The notes beneath the pieces are model-generated. The model searched no databases. It saw nothing but the letters and a program-made list of their open reading frames with translations, and was not told where the DNA came from. This document shows, one piece after another, positions 59,261 to 64,000 of a DNA stretch of 64,000 bases. The stretch covers positions 75,068 through 139,067 of IMG/VR virus record IMGVR_UViG_3300037461_001096; one strand, given 5' to 3'. This DNA is from a virus. Positions within the stretch are counted from its first letter, which is position 1. The number at the start of each line of letters is the position of its first letter. A program made the position numbers and the translations under genes.

Positions 59261-62200
59261 TTATGGACGCTCAGACTGACGATATAACTCTTCCCGTATA
59301 GCCACAGCTATAGCCCTTGGGTCTTGTGCGCCATTCACATTTATGGTCGCGTTTACTGTCACGCTTTTTCCAGGTTTTTCTCCCCTTGGAGAAACGAATT
59401 CACCTTGTTGAAGTCTGTAGTTTCCTGTGACTGGAATGGACCCACCAAAATCCATAGTTGCATAAGTAACCGGATCAACTTCATTCTTAAATTTTTCAAC
59501 GCCAACCGAGCCCCAGTCACTGCCTGGGGCGTTGATTAATTTATCCATACGTACGCCTGCTTTTACGAGATCAGCAGAGTTTTCACTTATAAATTTTTTG
59601 TTTCCGTCGGACATTCCTGTAAGTAAAGCAAACAAAAAGATTGTTAGGTTATCAGATAAGACATCATTGAGTGTATCTCTAATATTCTTCCCACCGCCAA
59701 CAATTTCATTCAAGAATTTACTCTTTATCAGTTGGACCTTATCTAAGTGTTTATTAATGCTATCAGTATTCATGCTAATACCCATGAGCTGGGTATGAAT
59801 GTTATCCAAGATTTTAGACGATTCGGTAAGCGTGTCTGACTGAACTTTCGCTGTTTCAGCAGTAGCTACAACAGCTTTTGTGTCAACAGATTCTGTAGGG
59901 GAACCGGTCGGGACTAGAACGCCCGCCATAGCTCCAGTACCAGCTTTAACCGCTCCAGCTCCGGTGGATCCCTTTCCTGCGAAATATTTCTCAGAAAAAC
60001 CTGGCGCAACATCGGCTGCGGCTGCGGCTGCGGCTGCGGCTGCGTCTTTTTCATTCTTCTTACTGGTTATACCTACCCCATAGGTTCCTGGTCTCCGAGT
60101 CAGACCTTTATACCCAGCTATCCTAGCTGCTTCTTCACTTGGACCCTGCTCCTCTGTTATTCTTTGTCCAAGTTCCATTATTCCTTTCACACCCATAGTC
60201 TCACCAAATGACCTCTGGGCCCATTTTACATCTTCTTCGGAAAGATTGACCCCCCTACTTGTTAATTCATACCATTTGGCTGCATCTTTATCGGACATTT
60301 CGGAAAATTTTCCACCGTATTTAATCTGATCAAAAATTTCCTGCATATTTTTGGTAAAATATGCAGGGTCAAGAACACCAGCAGCGTCTCCGATGCCACC
60401 TGTTCTGGCTCTTGTAGCGACTGCTTCACCAAATATTCTAGCATCTTCAGCAAGTGCCCTTTGCCTTGTTGCTGACTCTTGTGAAAGTTTAAGCTGCTCT
60501 TGTAAAAATTTTTTATTTTCAGGATCTTCAGTTTTCTTTATGGCGTCAGCATATTTTGCTGCATCCGTCTCAAATCCAGTTGCCATCAAGTTCGATTTAT
60601 CAATATAATCTTTTGTCCAATCTTTTGCGGTGGCGACTGCTTGTCGGGAATTTTCAGGCGACACAAGATAAGAGTATATACCATCTAGAAAATCAAGTAA
60701 CGGCTGAAATGCACTGTATATTTTTTCGAGTAGAAACCCGAGTACATTGGTTATCTTATCGTCTATAGACAACGTCGCTGTGGTTTGCTCAGCAGCCAAG
60801 TCTTCCATAGTCTGCCGAACGTCCATAGCTTCAATATGCTCAGCCGAAGCCTCAAATAAAATCTTTTCCTGCTCTTCTTTGTTCAAACTTGAAAAAATTC
60901 TTAACGCTTCTTCCTGGCTAGTAACCGATTTATTAAGGGCCATCATACGCCTGGCTATTCCTTCATTCAGGCTCTTGCTACTTGTCATCCCAGCTTTTTG
61001 TATTTGATCACTCCATATCTCCATGGACGAGTGCGTCTTACGCATCGCTTCATATTGCTCATTGCTTATCCCAAGCTGGGCGATTACATGTTCGTTTAAT
61101 CCATCAAATCCTTTCCCAAACCTCTGACTCACTCTCTTTAAAATTTGATATGTTTCACCTATACCAGCGCCACGAAGAGCCGTTGCCAGATTTAGCTCAC
61201 CGCCTTTTTTACGAGTCGCTTCATATGAAGCTAATTTCATAGCTTCACCAATCTGAGTTCCAGACAACTGCTTCCCCGATGCTTGCAACCGATTTATTAA
61301 GGCGGCCATACCTTCTTCACCGCCTCGCATCGCTACTTGAAATTCACCTACGTCGGCCCCCATACTCTTTGCCAAAGACCCACCTCTTGTCTTAAACCCC
61401 TCCTCCAAAGCCTTGTCAACAAAACCTTTTCCAGCAACGAATACAGTCTTCAAACGTTGTTTATAATCGACTCCGCTAAACCCCCTTGAGAAAGCATCCA
61501 TGAATTGTTTAACATCTCTTGGACTCATGGTTTTAGACAGTAATTTGATCGTCCCGGTGAGCTCTTCAAGTCTATTTCTATATAGTTCAACTTCTGGTGT
61601 AACAGATTTGAAGATCTCCATAAACTTCGTCATAGGCATGTTTGCCGTGGCTGCTGATTTAACAATGCCTTGCATTAGATCTTGAACTTGACTGGCACCA
61701 TATCCCATTTCTGTCTGAAACTGACCCATCATAGAAGCCGCTTCCTCGGCCTCCATGCCAAGGGCTCTCCCATATACTATTGCACTGGTGGCAAACTGTT
61801 CCATCTGCCTTCCAACGTCTCCCATTTCTGCAAACGCCTGTCTTGTTTTAACAATAGACCCGGTAGACGCTTTCGCATATGAGTTTATTATCTTTAGAAC
61901 ATCTTCAGAACTTTTCCCAAATCTCAGCATAGACCAATGAGCGCCAATGGCTGAATCTCGCATCTCATCCATAACAGCCCGATACCCACTGGCGTCGCCA
62001 ACCATGTCGTTAGCGTACCCAACTCCCTGAATTAATGCCTTGTTCAATGTGGTCATACTATCACTGGCTTTTTTAACTATCTCAACCACAGCAGCAAATC
62101 CAGCAATAGCAGCAGCAGCAACGCCAACTACCGCCCCAAGTCTACCTATTACAGCAATTCCGGCCTCAGCTCCAACTCCTCCAGCTTTTTCCAAACCACC

Positions 62201-62821
62201 ACGGGCAACTCTCCCCTCAACTCCTTTCCGAATGTCACCGCCAACCCCACTGATAACTCCCTTTAAACTTCCACTTTTTAACCCTCCAATTATTTTATCC
62301 TTAATTCCACTCCACATATCGCTTGTATTGAATTTAGCAGCTTCTTCAAGCCTCTCTTTATATTTAATCTGAGTTCTTGTAAGCTTTTCAAGTTGTTTAA
62401 TCTCTTTTATGCGAACTAAACGTTCCTTGTTGATTTGGTCAGTTAGGAGTTTAGTGTTTTTTAATTGTACTCCTATCTGCTCGGCTATCCCTTTCCTTGC
62501 GCCGGGAGCAGCCTTTCCATACGCTTCTAATAGTTCCCCTGCTTTATCATGAGCTACTTCAAGTTCATCCGCTAATTTCCCAAATTTCCCAAGACTAGAC
62601 GTGGCTGCTGTGCCGAGTTTTTTAGCAAATGCAGCAGCAGCGTCCGAGATAACACGAAGTTCCGATGTAATGGATGTCGTCTGTTTTGCAACCTTTGTCC
62701 AGTCAACATTCATCCCCCTGAGCTTACGCTGTAATTCTTTGAATTCTCTCTCGGCCTGAAGAAGTGACTTCTCGTCTACTTTAGCCCTAATACCAACATC
62801 GACGGTGGTTTTTTCAGCCAT
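59261..62821 (-). CDS. Tail tape measure protein
   Basis: 1186 aa, Ala/Gly/Lys-rich helical, hydrophobic AVVGVAAAAIAGFAAVV segment, C-terminal VNATINVNGAQDP..IA..IREEL. Confidence 0.85.
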   Translation of the reverse strand: MAEKTTVDVGIRAKVDEKSLLQAEREFKELQRKLRGMNVDWTKVAKQTTSITSELRVISDAAAAFAKKLGTAATSSLGKFGKLADELEVAHDKAGELLEAYGKAAPGARKGIAEQIGVQLKNTKLLTDQINKERLVRIKEIKQLEKLTRTQIKYKERLEEAAKFNTSDMWSGIKDKIIGGLKSGSLKGVISGVGGDIRKGVEGRVARGGLEKAGGVGAEAGIAVIGRLGAVVGVAAAAIAGFAAVVEIVKKASDSMTTLNKALIQGVGYANDMVGDASGYRAVMDEMRDSAIGAHWSMLRFGKSSEDVLKIINSYAKASTGSIVKTRQAFAEMGDVGRQMEQFATSAIVYGRALGMEAEEAASMMGQFQTEMGYGASQVQDLMQGIVKSAATANMPMTKFMEIFKSVTPEVELYRNRLEELTGTIKLLSKTMSPRDVKQFMDAFSRGFSGVDYKQRLKTVFVAGKGFVDKALEEGFKTRGGSLAKSMGADVGEFQVAMRGGEEGMAALINRLQASGKQLSGTQIGEAMKLASYEATRKKGGELNLATALRGAGIGETYQILKRVSQRFGKGFDGLNEHVIAQLGISNEQYEAMRKTHSSMEIWSDQIQKAGMTSSKSLNEGIARRMMALNKSVTSQEEALRIFSSLNKEEQEKILFEASAEHIEAMDVRQTMEDLAAEQTTATLSIDDKITNVLGFLLEKIYSAFQPLLDFLDGIYSYLVSPENSRQAVATAKDWTKDYIDKSNLMATGFETDAAKYADAIKKTEDPENKKFLQEQLKLSQESATRQRALAEDARIFGEAVATRARTGGIGDAAGVLDPAYFTKNMQEIFDQIKYGGKFSEMSDKDAAKWYELTSRGVNLSEEDVKWAQRSFGETMGVKGIMELGQRITEEQGPSEEAARIAGYKGLTRRPGTYGVGITSKKNEKDAAAAAAAAAADVAPGFSEKYFAGKGSTGAGAVKAGTGAMAGVLVPTGSPTESVDTKAVVATAETAKVQSDTLTESSKILDNIHTQLMGISMNTDSINKHLDKVQLIKSKFLNEIVGGGKNIRDTLNDVLSDNLTIFLFALLTGMSDGNKKFISENSADLVKAGVRMDKLINAPGSDWGSVGVEKFKNEVDPVTYATMDFGGSIPVTGNYRLQQGEFVSPRGEKPGKSVTVNATINVNGAQDPRAIAVAIREELYRQSERP
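60015..60044 (+). repeat. (GCTGCG)5 in-frame microsatellite encoding Ala10 in the tape measure protein
   Basis: Five perfect hexamers; protein KDAAAAAAAAAADV. Confidence 0.9.
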
Positions 62822-62822
62822 T

Positions 62823-63992
62823 TTATCTACCTCTTAGGCCTGACCGGTCAATATCCGCTGCGGATATATCGGGAGGGGAAGAAGCCTCTATAGGAGGATG
62901 AATCATCAAAGCTTGCATTCGCTTCACATACTCGTCAGCGTCTTCCCGATTCAAAACTCTGGCGCCTCCCCCAGCTGTTGGCGTACCGGCTGTCAGTAAT
63001 CGGTTTGGTATAGCTGCAATTTGCCTGCTCTGTTTTGCCATGACTTCCCGTTCTACCTTGACACGACGGAAATGATCCGCAACAGCTTTATCATGCCAAT
63101 CCTTTTCACCAGATAAAGCCGAAGATAACTGGTCTGCTAACTCTTCTGCTGTCTCTGCTTTGAAACGTCCTTCAACAACAGCACGCCGTCCGTCCGGCAA
63201 AGTTATGGTTCCCTGAAGAGACTCCACGGGCTTACCTGAACTGGCACCGATATACTCACGCAAAACATTTATCTTATTTTCTTCGATTTCTTGACGTTCC
63301 CTATTCTTCCTAGCTCTGTCTTGTTCATCAACAGACATCATTCCTTTCCCGGCGAAACACGATCCGATAAATTTCGCGTGGTTCCAATCAGTTTCAGCAT
63401 CATTTTTCTCGTCTAGTGCCTCATTCATGGCGATCCATGTTTGCTGACAATAATTCATCCCTAGCTCTGATGTCCCGGGGATGCCGGTGGCTTCAAGCGA
63501 ATGGATCGGAAGCTTCTTTAAGTACAGCCATTTATACCTAGATCTAGACTCATGTACATAGGCTTCAACAAGCGGATGAAGTCTATGTGCTTTTTTATTC
63601 AGAAAATTCAGATTGTCAACTATTTTATCTTGATAAGCTGACGGGATTTTAGATATAAGTTCAATAAGCTTATCAATGTTCTCAGCTCTCTTGAACAACA
63701 CATTTCTACCCATAGCTACGAATAAGCTATATGCAATAAATGCCGCTTTAAACTGAACATTGGTTTCTGCTGCGCCCGGGGGACGCATATAGTTGATATT
63801 TCTGATTTCTTGATGGTTTAGAGTCTTAAAGACAAAACTATTGCCTATGAGGTTAGCTGGGCTTGATAAAAACCCAACAAATAGATATTCTTCAAGATCT
63901 TTCCATACAGCTTCATCGAGTCCTTTATATTTTTCAGGAATTTTAATCTGAATACGCTGCCGGGCAGCGTTGCCACCCTGCGCGTCAGTCAT
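62823..63992 (-). CDS. Probable tail assembly chaperone
   Basis: Immediately upstream of the tape measure gene; FVFKTLNHQE motif and helical composition; call is mainly positional. Confidence 0.55.
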   Translation of the reverse strand: MTDAQGGNAARQRIQIKIPEKYKGLDEAVWKDLEEYLFVGFLSSPANLIGNSFVFKTLNHQEIRNINYMRPPGAAETNVQFKAAFIAYSLFVAMGRNVLFKRAENIDKLIELISKIPSAYQDKIVDNLNFLNKKAHRLHPLVEAYVHESRSRYKWLYLKKLPIHSLEATGIPGTSELGMNYCQQTWIAMNEALDEKNDAETDWNHAKFIGSCFAGKGMMSVDEQDRARKNRERQEIEENKINVLREYIGASSGKPVESLQGTITLPDGRRAVVEGRFKAETAEELADQLSSALSGEKDWHDKAVADHFRRVKVEREVMAKQSRQIAAIPNRLLTAGTPTAGGGARVLNREDADEYVKRMQALMIHPPIEASSPPDISAADIDRSGLRGR

Positions 63993-64000
63993 GATGATTA

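Larger units (their letters stand above)
1..64000 (-). mobile_element. Segment of a large myovirus-like (probably jumbo) phage genome: tail/baseplate module plus replication genes
   Basis: Co-oriented dense gene array with tape measure, hub, spike, baseplate J/gp25-like, tailspike, intein-bearing DnaB and SNF2 helicase; no host housekeeping genes. Confidence 0.9.

Noticed and set aside
543-62372. Numerous 60-165 aa plus-strand and alternate-frame ORFs in the track
   Set aside because: They lie within long minus-strand genes, lack RBS or motifs, and look like antisense shadows
62823-63992. Programmed frameshift in the tail chaperone
   Set aside because: A single ORF runs up to the tape measure start, with no second frame to shift into
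1-64000. CRISPR array, tRNA, rRNA, DGR or retron
   Set aside because: Intergenic gaps are all under about 160 bp with no repeat-spacer pattern or cloverleaf, and there is no reverse transcriptase motif
1-64000. Stop-codon reassignment as seen in some jumbo phages
   Set aside because: Long genes are intact in code 11 and TAA, TAG and TGA all terminate genes

Overview
A 64-kb segment of a large (probably jumbo) contractile-tailed phage genome, with almost all genes on the minus strand in the standard genetic code. Read in transcription order (right to left), it encodes a tail-assembly chaperone-like protein and a tape measure protein. These are followed by two tube-initiator-like paralogs (one carrying a GH73/FlgJ-like muramidase), a baseplate hub, a central spike, wedge proteins (gp25-like, J-like, 'PAH'-type), several very large virion or fibre proteins, a beta-helix tailspike and a membrane/outer-membrane gene pair. 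A replication block comes last: an SNF2 helicase, a degenerate DnaC-like loader and a DnaB-like helicase with two inteins. The most notable signal is two free-standing genes sharing the architecture [variable repeat array]-[PD-(D/E)xK nuclease]-[Mom-like GNAT DNA-modification domain]. Each is bracketed by a short direct repeat built on a GATC-containing 8-bp palindrome that also supplies its start codon, suggesting a mobile nuclease-plus-modifier cassette that leaves target-site duplications. Also notable is a His-pair helical repeat that always occurs in multiples of three in two virion proteins. No tRNA, rRNA, CRISPR array or reverse transcriptase was seen. All functional calls come from motif recognition by eye; no database searches were run.
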